Below are positions 45,949-55,486 of a stretch of DNA of 64,000 nucleotides, in pieces. Position 1 is the first letter of the stretch. Each line of letters begins with the position of its first letter. This DNA comes from Kiritimatiellia bacterium (lineage in GTDB: Bacteria; Verrucomicrobiota; Kiritimatiellia; RFP12; JAAYLN01): assembly GCA_017509565.1 (NCBI GenBank), contig JAFWPM010000115.1, forward strand, positions 8,401-72,400, given 5' to 3'. The notes below the pieces were generated by a model. That model saw only the letters and a list, made by a program, of their open reading frames with translations. It ran no database searches and was not told where the DNA came from. The position numbers and the translations under genes are program-made.

Positions 45949-47175
45949 ACACTGGAATCCCTCAGGGGCTTGAAGGTTGGAGTATGCGTTTCCGGCGGGC
46001 TTGACAGCAAGACGATCGCCAAGAGGTTCACCGAGGCCAGAATTGAAACGGTCGCTTTCACGGCGGACGTCGGGCAGCCCGACGAAAAGGACATCAACGA
46101 CGTCGCCAAGCGCATGGCCCCGTGCGGCGTTGACACCGTCATCGTTGACTTGAAGAACGAGATGGCCGACGCCTGCTTCGACGTGATAGAGGCGCAGGCG
46201 ATGTACGACGGCGGCTACTGGAACTCCACCGGGATTGCGCGCGCCGTGACGGTCAGGGGCCTCATCCCCGAACTCCGCAAGCGCGGGTGCAACGTGCTTT
46301 CGCACGGCGCGACCGGGCGCGGCAACGACCAGATGCGCTTCGAGCGCTACACGAACGTCCTGGCTCCGGACATGAAGGTGTTCGCCCCATGGCGCGACCC
46401 CGAGCTGCTCAAGCAGTTCCCCGGCCGCACCCAGATGGTCGACTATCTCGCGAAGTTCGGCATCGTCGCCTTCGCCGGCGGGAAGAAGAAGTATTCGACG
46501 GACTGCAACCTCGCCGGGCTCTCGCACGAGGCCGAGGACCTTGAGAGCATGGAGACGCCGATGAGCATTGTCGAGCCGACGATGGGCGTGTGGCCCTTCC
46601 AGGCGCCCGACAAGCCGGAACTCTTCACGGTGCGCTTCGAAAAGGGGCGCTGCGTCGCCATCAACGGCAAGGACGTGACGCCGCTTGAGGCGATGCTGCT
46701 GGCCAACAGGATCGGCGGCCGCAACGGCGTCGGCATGAAGCACGCGCTTGAAAACCGCATCATCGGGACGAAATCGCGCGGCGTCTACGAGGCGCCGGGC
46801 ATGGAGGTCCTCGCCTGGGCCCTCCGCTACCTCTACCAGGCGACGATGGACCGCCGCGCCACGCTTCTCTTCCAGCAGCTCTCGAAACTGGTCGCCGACC
46901 AGATTTACGACGGCCGCTGGTTCGACCCCGCCACGCAGGCCGCCCGCGCCGCAATCGGCGTGTTCTCCGCGAAGGCCACGGGCACAGTCACGGTGTCGCT
47001 CTACAAGGGCAACATCTTCTTCGAGTCCCTCAAGGGCTGCGCCGCCTCCATCTACAACGAGGCCGACTCCTCGATGGAGGCCAGCGCCGGCCTGAATCCG
47101 GTCAGCTCCCAGGGATTCGCGGAAATACAGTCCGTCGAGGCCTTCTCGCTCGCGAAGGCCGGACAGATCGGGTAA
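45949..47175 (+). CDS. argG: argininosuccinate synthase
   Basis: MALTLESLRGLKVGVCVSGGLDS (PP-loop) ... GATGRGNDQMRFE ... full-length homology pattern. The annotated 633-aa ORF has a false N-terminal extension. Confidence 0.9.
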   Translation, partial: TLESLRGLKVGVCVSGGLDSKTIAKRFTEARIETVAFTADVGQPDEKDINDVAKRMAPCGVDTVIVDLKNEMADACFDVIEAQAMYDGGYWNSTGIARAVTVRGLIPELRKRGCNVLSHGATGRGNDQMRFERYTNVLAPDMKVFAPWRDPELLKQFPGRTQMVDYLAKFGIVAFAGGKKKYSTDCNLAGLSHEAEDLESMETPMSIVEPTMGVWPFQAPDKPELFTVRFEKGRCVAINGKDVTPLEAMLLANRIGGRNGVGMKHALENRIIGTKSRGVYEAPGMEVLAWALRYLYQATMDRRATLLFQQLSKLVADQIYDGRWFDPATQAARAAIGVFSAKATGTVTVSLYKGNIFFESLKGCAASIYNEADSSMEASAGLNPVSSQGFAEIQSVEAFSLAKAGQIG

Positions 47176-47198
47176 CATGGCTCACGGAGGAAACTTCA

Positions 47199-47660
47199 AT
47201 GATGGAACTTAACTGGACACTGGAGGCGGGCGGCATTCGCTTCGCCATTGTCGTCAGCCGCTTCAACACCTTCATCACGGAACAGCTTGTCAAGGGCGCC
47301 GTGGACTGCATAGAGCGCCATGGGGGCTCCTCCGACCAGATAACGCTGGCGCGGGTGCCAGGCGCCAACGAGCTCCCGCTCGTCGCCGACCGCCTCGCCG
47401 CCTCCGGCAAGTTCGACGCTGTCATCGCCCTTGGCGCGGTAATCCGCGGGGCGACGCCGCACGCCGACCTCATCAACAGCCAGGTTTCGAAGTCGCTCGC
47501 GCAGGTGTCGGTGGCGCGCGGCGTCCCGGTGATCAACTCGGTGATCTGCGCCGACAACATCGAGCAGGCGATCGAGCGAGCCGGGACAAAGGCCGGCAAC
47601 AAGGGCTGGGACGGCGCCCAGGCCGCGATGGAGATGGCGACGCTGTGCAGGAAGCTCTAG
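47199..47660 (+). CDS. ribH: 6,7-dimethyl-8-ribityllumazine synthase
   Basis: FAIVVSRFNTFITEQLVKGA...DAVIALGAVIRGATPH..., the lumazine synthase signature. Confidence 0.9.
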   Translation: MMELNWTLEAGGIRFAIVVSRFNTFITEQLVKGAVDCIERHGGSSDQITLARVPGANELPLVADRLAASGKFDAVIALGAVIRGATPHADLINSQVSKSLAQVSVARGVPVINSVICADNIEQAIERAGTKAGNKGWDGAQAAMEMATLCRKL

Positions 47661-47704
47661 GCGGCGAAGGCCATCATGTGAGGGACTCCAGGCGGTTTGG
47701 CAAA

Positions 47705-48268
47705 ATGTCGGAGGGTGAAAATACCGCGGCCAGGCGCACTGTGCCGCACAGCCTTGACGGCACGATTCGGCGCCGCAACTCGCGCGAATGGGCCCTGCAA
47801 ATGCTGGTGGCGCTCGAAATGGCCCCGCCCGAGGATTCGCTGGAGGAATTCTTCCCTACTTTCTGGGAGTTCGAGCGCGACATCATCCAGGATCTGAACA
47901 CCGACCCGACTAACGCGCTCAGGAGTTTCGACGGCGAGGCGGCCAAGCCGCACCGCGCCTTTGCGGAAAAGCTTGTCGAGGGCATCAGGGCGCATCTCGA
48001 CGAAATCGACGCCCGCATCGAGGGCTACCTTGAGAACTGGACGCTCCAGCGCATCGGCAGCGTGGACAGGAACGTCCTCCGCGGCGCCTTCTACGAGCTT
48101 TTCTTCATCAACGAGACCCCCCCGGCAATCATAATCAACGAGGCCGTGGACATCGCGAAGTATTTCAGCACCCGCGAATCCGGGAGATTCGTCAACGGCA
48201 TTCTCGACAGGGCCGCGAAAAGCCTTGGCAAACCACTTCACTTCCAGGCGGACGCCCCGAAGTTCTAG
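47705..48268 (+). CDS. nusB: transcription antitermination factor NusB
   Basis: RRNSREWALQMLVALEM...VDRNVLRGAFYELFF...FVNGILDR. The conserved ribH-nusB gene pair. Confidence 0.8.
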   Translation: MSEGENTAARRTVPHSLDGTIRRRNSREWALQMLVALEMAPPEDSLEEFFPTFWEFERDIIQDLNTDPTNALRSFDGEAAKPHRAFAEKLVEGIRAHLDEIDARIEGYLENWTLQRIGSVDRNVLRGAFYELFFINETPPAIIINEAVDIAKYFSTRESGRFVNGILDRAAKSLGKPLHFQADAPKF

Positions 48269-48436
48269 CGGTCGGCGGACTTGCGGCCAGTTGAAGGGCC
48301 GGCGCCGTCGGCCGGCATCCGGGACATCCACCCGCAGCGGCTCCGGAGGCCGCAGCAAAGGCGCCCTCCCCCGAAGGCGGCAGGCGCCGCCAAGGGGCGC
48401 AAGGCGACATTCTATCATGCACGTTTCCACAAATAT

Positions 48437-48445
48437 GCTATACTG
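48437..48445 (+). promoter_or_regulatory. extended -10 box TGCTATACT 6 nt upstream of the purD ATG (leaderless geometry)
   Basis: AAATATGCTATACTGGAAGC then ATG. The spacing puts the transcription start at or next to the start codon. Confidence 0.4.
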
Positions 48446-48450
48446 GAAGC

Positions 48451-49728
48451 ATGAAAATACTGGTTGTAGGCGGAGGCGGACGCGAACACGCCATTCTGTG
48501 GAGACTGTCCAGGGACGGCGAGGCGCATGAACTCTTCGCGGCCCCCGGGAACGGCGGGACCGCCGGCATTGCCACCAACGTCCCGATAGGGGCCGAGGAC
48601 ATTGGCGGCATCGTGGCATGGGCCAAGGCCGAGCGGCCCGGCCTCGTCGTCGCCGGGCCGGAGGCGCCGCTTTGCGCGGGCCTGGCCGACAGGCTTGCCG
48701 AAATCGGGATCCCGGTATTCGGCCCGAAGCAGGCGGCCGCCCGCATGGAGGGGAGCAAGCAGTTCGCCAAGGACGTGATGAACGCCGCCGGCGTCCCGAC
48801 GGCCAAGGCCATGACCTTCACCGACAGCGCCGCGGCAATCAAGGCGCTTCCATCGTTCGGGCTTCCAGTGGTGATCAAGGCCGACGGCCTGGCCGCAGGC
48901 AAGGGGGTTGTAATCGCCCAAACGGCGGCCGAAGCCGAGGAAACCGTCCGGTCGATGCTTGACGGCCACCAGTTCGGCGACTCCTCGGCCTCGATTCTAG
49001 TGGAGGAGTTCCTCGACGGCGAGGAGGCCTCGATCCTGGCGCTGGTCGACGGGGCCGACATCGCCATCCTCCCCGGGGCGCAGGACCACAAGCGCGCGCT
49101 CGACAACGACCAGGGGCCGAACACTGGGGGCATGGGCGCCTACTCGCCCGCGCCGGTCGTCACCCCCGAAATTGAAAAGTTCGCCCTTGAGAACATCTTC
49201 CGCCCGACTGTCGCCGAACTCAAGCGGCGCGGCATAGAGTACCGCGGCGTCCTCTACGCCGGCCTCATGATCGGCCCGAAGGGCGTCAACGTCCTTGAAT
49301 TCAACTGCCGCTTCGGCGATCCCGAAACCGAAGTCATACTTCCGCGCATAGGCGGCGACTTCGCCCAAATCCTGCTTGACTGCGCAAAGGGGCGCCTCAC
49401 GTCGCCGATATCCGTCCGGACGGAGGCGTGCGCGACCATCGTAATGGCAGCGCCGGGCTACCCCGGCAAATACCCGAAGGGCCTGCCAATCGCCGGCCTC
49501 GACGCCGCCGGGGCGGTCCCGGGCGTAACGGTCTTCCACGCGGGAACGGCGCTGAAGGACGGCGCGACGGTCACAAGCGGCGGCCGCGTCCTCGCCGTCA
49601 CGGCGCTCGGAAACACCCTGCGCCAGGCCGTCGACGCCGCATACGCCGGTGTCCGCGCCATAGGCTTCGACGGCGCCCACTACCGCACGGACATCGCGCA
49701 CCGCGCCTTCGCAAGGGGGGCGAAATGA
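48451..49728 (+). CDS. purD: phosphoribosylamine-glycine ligase
   Basis: MKILVVGGGGREHAI ... ATP-grasp motifs ... 425 aa. Confidence 0.9.
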   Translation: MKILVVGGGGREHAILWRLSRDGEAHELFAAPGNGGTAGIATNVPIGAEDIGGIVAWAKAERPGLVVAGPEAPLCAGLADRLAEIGIPVFGPKQAAARMEGSKQFAKDVMNAAGVPTAKAMTFTDSAAAIKALPSFGLPVVIKADGLAAGKGVVIAQTAAEAEETVRSMLDGHQFGDSSASILVEEFLDGEEASILALVDGADIAILPGAQDHKRALDNDQGPNTGGMGAYSPAPVVTPEIEKFALENIFRPTVAELKRRGIEYRGVLYAGLMIGPKGVNVLEFNCRFGDPETEVILPRIGGDFAQILLDCAKGRLTSPISVRTEACATIVMAAPGYPGKYPKGLPIAGLDAAGAVPGVTVFHAGTALKDGATVTSGGRVLAVTALGNTLRQAVDAAYAGVRAIGFDGAHYRTDIAHRAFARGAK

Positions 49729-50180
49729 TCTACGACACGATTGAAAGCATAGGCATCTACCGGTCTTCGATACCGAACTTAGACGCAGTGCGCGAATTTC
49801 TGGCCTCGGACTTGGCGGCGCTGCCAGACGGCAAGGTGGCAATCGACGGCGACCGGGTCTTCGCCACCATCTCCACCTACGGGACGAAACGCCTTGAGGA
49901 CGGCGTGTTCGAGGCCCACAGCCGCTATGCCGACATCCAGCTGCTCCTCGACGGCGAGGAACTCTGCGGAGTAGTGCCCGGCGCGGACTGGCTGAAGGAA
50001 ACCATAGCCTACGACCCCGCCAGGGACATCAGGTTCTTCGCCAGCCCGCCGTCATTCGCGCGGATCACGCTCTCGTCCGGACTATTCGCATTCTTCGGCG
50101 CGCGCGACGCCCACATGCCCGGCATCGCGGTCGGCGCGATGGGCCGTGTCCGCAAATGCGTAATCAAAACCCTCATCTAA
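49725..50180 (+). CDS. YhcH/YjgK/YiaL (DUF386) family protein, NanQ-like sugar anomerase/epimerase family
   Basis: MIYDTIES...FEAHSRYADIQLL is the family signature. The ATG overlaps the purD TGA (ATGA). Confidence 0.65.
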   Translation: MIYDTIESIGIYRSSIPNLDAVREFLASDLAALPDGKVAIDGDRVFATISTYGTKRLEDGVFEAHSRYADIQLLLDGEELCGVVPGADWLKETIAYDPARDIRFFASPPSFARITLSSGLFAFFGARDAHMPGIAVGAMGRVRKCVIKTLI

Positions 50181-50197
50181 GCGCACTACCAGCCATG

Positions 50198-51304
50198 GAA
50201 CTATCCGTCTTGATCCACAACTTCGACATCCCCGGCCAGCTCGTGACGGTCATCCCCATCGGCGGTGGCAACATCAACGACACGTTCCTGGCCATATTCC
50301 GGAACGCCTTCTCCGAGACCCAGGTTATCCTGCAGAGAATCAACGACAAGGTGTTCCCGAAGCCAGAGGTGATCATGGCGAACATGCACCTCATCACCCG
50401 CCACGCGCACCAGAAGCTGGCGAAGGAGATTGAGACGTCGGACCGCGTCTGGCAGCTGCCTAAAATCATCCCGACGCGCGACGGCAAGGATTTCTACCGC
50501 TGCGAAGACGACGGCTCCTACTGGCGCGTCATCACCAAGATCGCCTCCGCCACGGCCTTCCCCACGACGCAGGGGCCGGAGCACGCGGCCGAGTGCGGCG
50601 CCGTTCTTGCGCACTTCCACTGGCTTGTCTCGGACATCGACCCGACGCTGCTCGCAAACCCGCTGCCCGGCTTCCACATCACGCCCGGCTACATGGAGCT
50701 CTACGACAAGACCCTGGGCGACAAGTCCGCCCAGGCCCGGCTGACGACCTCCGTGGAGGCCCGCCGTCTCGCGAAGATGATCGACGAGCGCCGCGATTTC
50801 GCCTCCACCCTGGCGAGGGCCATCGCGAACGGCGAAATCCAAAACCGCGTCATGCACGGCGATCCGAAGATCACGAACATAATGATCGACGACTACACGG
50901 GCAAGGGAACAGCCATAATCGACCTCGACACCGTTGGCCCCGGACTTGTCCACTACGACTTCGGCGACGCCATACGCTCGATTTGCAACCCCGCCGGCGA
51001 GGAGGAGATGAACCTGAACAAGGTCGTCTTCGACATGGATCTGTTCGAGGCATTCGTCCGGGGCTACCTGCACTACGGGAAGGCGTTCCTGACCGAAGCC
51101 GACCGCGAATACCTCTTTGACTCCGTAAGGCTCATCACTTTCGAACTTGGGCTCCGCTTCTTCCAGGACTACCTCGCGGGAAGCGTCTACTTCAAGACGA
51201 AGTCGCCGACGCAGAACCTCAACCGCGCAAGGGTGCAGTTCCGGCTCTGCGAATCGATAGAATCGCGCGAGCGGATGATCCGCGCCGCGCTGGGGAAATG
51301 GTAG
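50198..51304 (+). CDS. N-acetylhexosamine 1-kinase-like aminoglycoside-phosphotransferase-fold kinase (NahK-like)
   Basis: GGGNINDTF..., HGDPKITNIMID, AIIDLDTVGPGLVHYDFGD, FFQDYLAGSVYFKTKSP track Bifidobacterium NahK motif for motif (HNDTKLNNILMD / IIDLDTIMPG / FLADYLEGDIYF). Confidence 0.7.
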   Translation, partial: ELSVLIHNFDIPGQLVTVIPIGGGNINDTFLAIFRNAFSETQVILQRINDKVFPKPEVIMANMHLITRHAHQKLAKEIETSDRVWQLPKIIPTRDGKDFYRCEDDGSYWRVITKIASATAFPTTQGPEHAAECGAVLAHFHWLVSDIDPTLLANPLPGFHITPGYMELYDKTLGDKSAQARLTTSVEARRLAKMIDERRDFASTLARAIANGEIQNRVMHGDPKITNIMIDDYTGKGTAIIDLDTVGPGLVHYDFGDAIRSICNPAGEEEMNLNKVVFDMDLFEAFVRGYLHYGKAFLTEADREYLFDSVRLITFELGLRFFQDYLAGSVYFKTKSPTQNLNRARVQFRLCESIESRERMIRAALGKW

Positions 51305-51309
51305 GCGCG

Positions 51310-52485
51310 ATGCAAGGTGCCAGAGAGGAGAGCGGCGGCGACGCCGCATGGTACTTCACGCCTTCGGGCGCCAATGCGATTGGCCCGGTGGGCATTGACG
51401 AAGTCCGCGCCGCGGTCCTTGACGGGCGCATCGCCCCAGACACGGCAGTATGGAACCCCAGCTACGGGCAGGAGTGGCGGGCAGCGGGCCTTGTCGCCGA
51501 ACTCGCCGGGACATGGCGTGAAATGGAAAGGCGCCGCGTGGCCGGAATAGCGGCCACGGCCGCCATCGGGACCAATCCGCCGCGGCAGGCGTTCGCAGAA
51601 TCCGCCCGCCTTGTCGCCGCATACCTCCTGCACCCCTTCTCGATAGGCGCGTGGCTGTCCCTTGCGCTCTGCAACCTCATGGCGGCGTCGCGCATGGTGG
51701 TGGGAAGCGGCGACGGCCCCGTGGCGTGGCTGGCCACGACGTCCGACGGCATGTCCTCCCCCGGGGCCTTCGCGGCGGCAATCTTCCGCTACCTCCGGAG
51801 CTGCGCCAATGAAATGTTCGACCCGCAAATGCGGGTTTCCTGGCTGGCCCCCGCCCTCGTCTACGGAATCTTCACGGCCTACATCTGCGCCCGCGGCCAC
51901 ATGCTCCTAGCCGGCAAGGCGATATTCCCCGAAGAGGGTCTCGGCGACCTGTGGCGCCGCGGCGCCGGGCGCATCTCAACCCTGGTCCGCCTGTATTTCT
52001 CCCTTGACCTGATTTTGAACTTCGGCTTCTTCCTCCTTGTCCGGCAGTTCCTCGACGCTGGCGGCATGCTGCGCGGCGACCTTGCCCCCGCCGACCTCAA
52101 GGCGGCGCTCGGCAACGGCGCGGCCCTGCGATGGCTCGTCGGCGCAGCGCTCCTCGTCGGCGCCAGCGAGTTCGCGAGGGCATTCGCTTTCCACTTCGCC
52201 GAACCGCTAGTGTTCCTCTGGGGAATACCCGTCTCCACGGCCCTGCGCCTTTCCGCCGGAGCCGCCCTGCGCCAGCCGGTGCGCTTCGCCGCCTTTTTCA
52301 CAATCGTCATTGCGAGCCGCGCCGCATACCTCGCCATCGCGGTTTTCGCCGCGCTGATGCTCCCCCCGGCCGCAATGCTCCCGGCGGCAGTGATAATCCT
52401 CCTGCCTTTCGACTTCCTCATACGGGTGTTCGGGACGCGGTTCATCGCGCCCCGCCTCCCAGATGATGCGGACTCCGGCAATTGA
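51310..52485 (+). CDS. membrane protein with N-terminal DUF4339 (GYF-like) domain
   Basis: WYFTPSGANAIGPVGIDEVRAAVLDGRIAPDTAVWNPSYGQEWRAAGLV, then several hydrophobic segments. Confidence 0.5.
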   Translation: MQGAREESGGDAAWYFTPSGANAIGPVGIDEVRAAVLDGRIAPDTAVWNPSYGQEWRAAGLVAELAGTWREMERRRVAGIAATAAIGTNPPRQAFAESARLVAAYLLHPFSIGAWLSLALCNLMAASRMVVGSGDGPVAWLATTSDGMSSPGAFAAAIFRYLRSCANEMFDPQMRVSWLAPALVYGIFTAYICARGHMLLAGKAIFPEEGLGDLWRRGAGRISTLVRLYFSLDLILNFGFFLLVRQFLDAGGMLRGDLAPADLKAALGNGAALRWLVGAALLVGASEFARAFAFHFAEPLVFLWGIPVSTALRLSAGAALRQPVRFAAFFTIVIASRAAYLAIAVFAALMLPPAAMLPAAVIILLPFDFLIRVFGTRFIAPRLPDDADSGN

Positions 52486-52531
52486 CGCCCCCGCATGGCA
52501 TTCGCCACCATGGCAAGCAAATTCACCGCAA

Positions 52532-53597
52532 AATGAAGAAAATCGGTATCGGTATCATAGGATGCGGCGTCATAGCGCCGACGCACGCCGAATCATACGC
52601 GCTCGACAAGAACGTAAGGCTCGTTACCGCCTGCGACGTTATCCCTGAACGCGCCAAGGCCCTGGCGGAGCGCTTTGGATTCAAAGGGACGGCCACGGAC
52701 GCCGCCGACGTGTTCGCGGACCCTGGGATTGACGCCGTCAGCATCTGCACCCCGCACTTCAACCACGCTAAGCTGTGCGAGGCCGCCCTCGCCGCCGGCA
52801 AGGACGTGCTATGCGAAAAGCCAATCGCCAACACCCGCGCGGGCCTCGCGCTCGTCAGGAAGGCCGAGGCCAAATATCCGGACCGGATATTCTCCGGCGT
52901 TTTCCAGCACCGCTACAACCCCGTCTTCAGGGAACTCCGGCTCCTTGTCGGCGAAGGCGCCTTCGGGACAATCGCGACGGCCGCCTTCCACAACCGATGC
53001 CTGCGCACGGATTCCTACTACAGCGCAGATTCCTGGCGCGGGACAAAACGCTATGAAAACGGCGGCGTCCTGATCAACCAGGCAATCCACTACCTCGACA
53101 TCTTCCAGTGGACAATGGGCGGCATCGACTCCATAGCCGGCGCCTCAATGGCAAACCGGACCCACCAGAACTCCATCGAGACCGAGGACACCATAGCCGC
53201 CACAGTCCTTTTCAAAAACGGGGCGATCGGCACAGTCGAAACGACAAACTCCGCCATCATCCACTGGGACACGATGCTTGAAATCACGGGCAGCGACGGC
53301 TTCGTGTCAATCACCGACGGCAACATCGTCAGGATGGAGTTCTCCAACCCCGCCGCCGCAAGGCGCATGAAGGCCGCGCAGAAGGCCCACGACGCCCGCA
53401 ACAGGAAGGTTGACGGCGTCGGGCGCTCATACTACGGCCTTGGGCACCCGTCGCAAATCGCCGACTTCCTCTCCTGCGTCCGCAGGCGCGGCCGGCCATT
53501 CGTGACCGCATCCGACGCCAGCGTCGCCGCCGAACTCGTCCTTGACATCTACCAGGCGGCCGCAAGGCGCGCGAAGAAGGCCCCGGCAAGGGCCTGA
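52532..53597 (+). CDS. Gfo/Idh/MocA family NAD(P)-dependent oxidoreductase
   Basis: MKKIGIGIIGCGVIAPTHAE ... CEKPIA ... the characteristic N-terminal Rossmann and EKP motifs. Confidence 0.85.
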
Positions 53598-53643
53598 CAC
53601 CGGGGGCAGGGCCGGCGCCTTCCACCCGCAAACACCTTCGACC

Positions 53644-54615
53644 ATGGTCTCGAACGCAACGGTTACCGCTAATTCCGCGGAAGACGGAATGCGCCTTGAC
53701 CTCTTCATCATGGCGCATTTCCCAGGCGCCTCGCGTTCCCAGGTCCGCGACGCGCTTTTGCGCGGCGACGTCCTTCTCGGTGGCCGCAAGGCCGGCAAGG
53801 GCGCGAAAATACGCGCCGGGGACATTGTCACGGTCGCAGCGCTGCCGGAGGCGCCCGACAACCACGTCAGGCCGGACCCGTCGGTAGCCCCGCGCATTGT
53901 CTACGCCGACGCCGATCTGGTTGCGGCCGACAAGCCGGCCGGCATGCCTGTCCAGCCCCTGTCCGCCGACGAGGGCGGCACCCTCGCGGGCGGCATGGTT
54001 GCGCTATATCCGGCCCTTGCCGACGTCGGAGACGAGCCGCTGATCGCCGGCGCGGTCCATCGCATCGACGCAGGCACATCCGGCCTCGTCATCTTCGCGC
54101 TCACCGCCCAATCGTTCTCCGGCATGCGCAGGCAGTTCGCCAACCGCGAAGTCGCAAAGAAATACCTTGCGCTCGTCGAGGGCCATGTCGCCCGCGGCGG
54201 CGCGATAGCATGCGAACTTGCGCACACCCCGCGGCTGGGCTTCTGCCGCATGGCCGAATACGCCGCCCTGCCGGCTCCGGACAGGGCCAGGGCCAGGCCG
54301 CTATTCGCAGAAACCAGGTTCAGGCCTCTCCGCCAAATAGGCGGAAGGGCGCTTCTGGAAGTTTCGATCGAAACCGGGGTCACCCACCAGATTCGCGCGC
54401 AGCTCGCGCTTTCCGGCCATCCAATTGTCGGCGACCGCACCTACGGCGGCGGCGACGCCTCCGGGCTTGCCCCGGAAAACTGCTTCTGCCTGCACTCCCT
54501 CTCCGCAAGATTCCGGCACCCGGTCTCCGGAGAATGGATGGACATCGCGACCCGGCCGCCCGCGTGGGCGCGGCAAATCCAACCCCATGCCCAAGGACAA
54601 CGGAATGGCAATTGA
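53644..54615 (+). CDS. RluA-family pseudouridine synthase (RluD/RluC-like, with S4 domain)
   Basis: S4-like N-terminus (RLDLFIMAHFPGASRSQVRDALLRGDVLLGG). Catalytic HRIDAGTSGLVIFA (HRLD..TSG motif). Confidence 0.8.
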   Translation: MVSNATVTANSAEDGMRLDLFIMAHFPGASRSQVRDALLRGDVLLGGRKAGKGAKIRAGDIVTVAALPEAPDNHVRPDPSVAPRIVYADADLVAADKPAGMPVQPLSADEGGTLAGGMVALYPALADVGDEPLIAGAVHRIDAGTSGLVIFALTAQSFSGMRRQFANREVAKKYLALVEGHVARGGAIACELAHTPRLGFCRMAEYAALPAPDRARARPLFAETRFRPLRQIGGRALLEVSIETGVTHQIRAQLALSGHPIVGDRTYGGGDASGLAPENCFCLHSLSARFRHPVSGEWMDIATRPPAWARQIQPHAQGQRNGN

Positions 54616-55375
54616 ATTCATCCAATCGAAATGCGTGAAATGCGGGCGCTGCGCCCAGGTGTGCCCTTGCGGCGTAATCGGGATGAAGGACGGCCAAATG
54701 GCCGCAATACGGGAAAAGAACTGCATGGGCTGCCGACACTGCTTCGGAGTCTGCCCTGCCGGGGCCATTGTTTTCGATGGCGAAATCCCGGTCCCGGCAT
54801 CGGCGGCGAAACTTCCGGATCCTGAGGAGGTGCTCGCGCTCATGGAGCGCCGCTACTCCTGCCGCGAATACAAAAACGAGCCGATTTCACCGGACAAACT
54901 CGCGATGCTGCGCCGCGTGCTTGACTGCTCGCCGACAGGCTGCAACAGCCGTGGCTGCAAATATGCGATACTTGCGACGCCAGAGGAAACTGGCAAGTTC
55001 CGCGATGAGCTATACGAGCGGCTTGCGGCGCTGCCGCCCGACGTGGTGAAGGCCGACGCCACATTGCGGACCCTGGCAATCATGCGCCGCCGCGGTGGCG
55101 ACCCGATTCTGCGCGGCGCGCCCGGCGTAGTTGTCGCGTGCTACGAGGCGACGGCGGCTACCGGATACGTTGACGCCGTGATAGGCCTGTCGAAATTCGA
55201 GACGATGGCCCAGGCCCTTGGCCTCGGGACTTGCTGGTGCGGGTTCCTCGCGAACTCAAGCGGGACGCTATGGCCAGGGCTCCCGGCTGAACTGGGGCTG
55301 GGCGCCAACCTGACAACCGCGTACGCCATGCTATTCGGGGAGAAGGCCTTCGGGTACGCGCGGCCGTGCCGCTAG
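54605..55375 (+). CDS. ferredoxin (2x[4Fe-4S]) fused to a nitroreductase-family domain
   Basis: CVKCGRCAQVCPC and CMGCRHCFGVCPAGA clusters, then a nitroreductase-like region (RRYSCREYKNEPI...). Ribosome-binding site AAGGA 7 nt before ATG 54605. Confidence 0.7.
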   Translation: MAIEFIQSKCVKCGRCAQVCPCGVIGMKDGQMAAIREKNCMGCRHCFGVCPAGAIVFDGEIPVPASAAKLPDPEEVLALMERRYSCREYKNEPISPDKLAMLRRVLDCSPTGCNSRGCKYAILATPEETGKFRDELYERLAALPPDVVKADATLRTLAIMRRRGGDPILRGAPGVVVACYEATAATGYVDAVIGLSKFETMAQALGLGTCWCGFLANSSGTLWPGLPAELGLGANLTTAYAMLFGEKAFGYARPCR

Positions 55376-55429
55376 CGGCCGCGCATAAGGGGACAGACAA
55401 TATGTCGGGAGGCAGGTAAAACAAAGAAT

Positions 55430-55486
55430 GAGATAAGATGTCTGTCCCTTTATGCACACTGTCAATAAGATGTCTGTCCCTTTGTG
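55430..55486. repeat. two tandem copies (R4 partial, R5) of the 30-bp dispersed repeat
   Basis: GATAAGATGTCTGTCCCTTTATGCACAC then TGTCAATAAGATGTCTGTCCCTTTGTGGAT. R5 overlaps and provides the GH78 stop codon. The upstream GGGACAGACA (55390-55400) is complementary to TGTCTGTCCC. Confidence 0.65.

Noticed and set aside
45274-47175. 633-aa ORF annotation for argG
   Set aside because: The first 225 codons overlap the divergent promoter and the miaB start on the other strand. ArgG homology and the PP-loop begin at MALTLESL (45949).
55430-55486. Possible CRISPR mini-array (two adjacent repeat copies)
   Set aside because: There are only two tandem copies with no unique spacer between them and no cas genes, and the same repeat occurs singly elsewhere. 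It is treated as a dispersed repeat.
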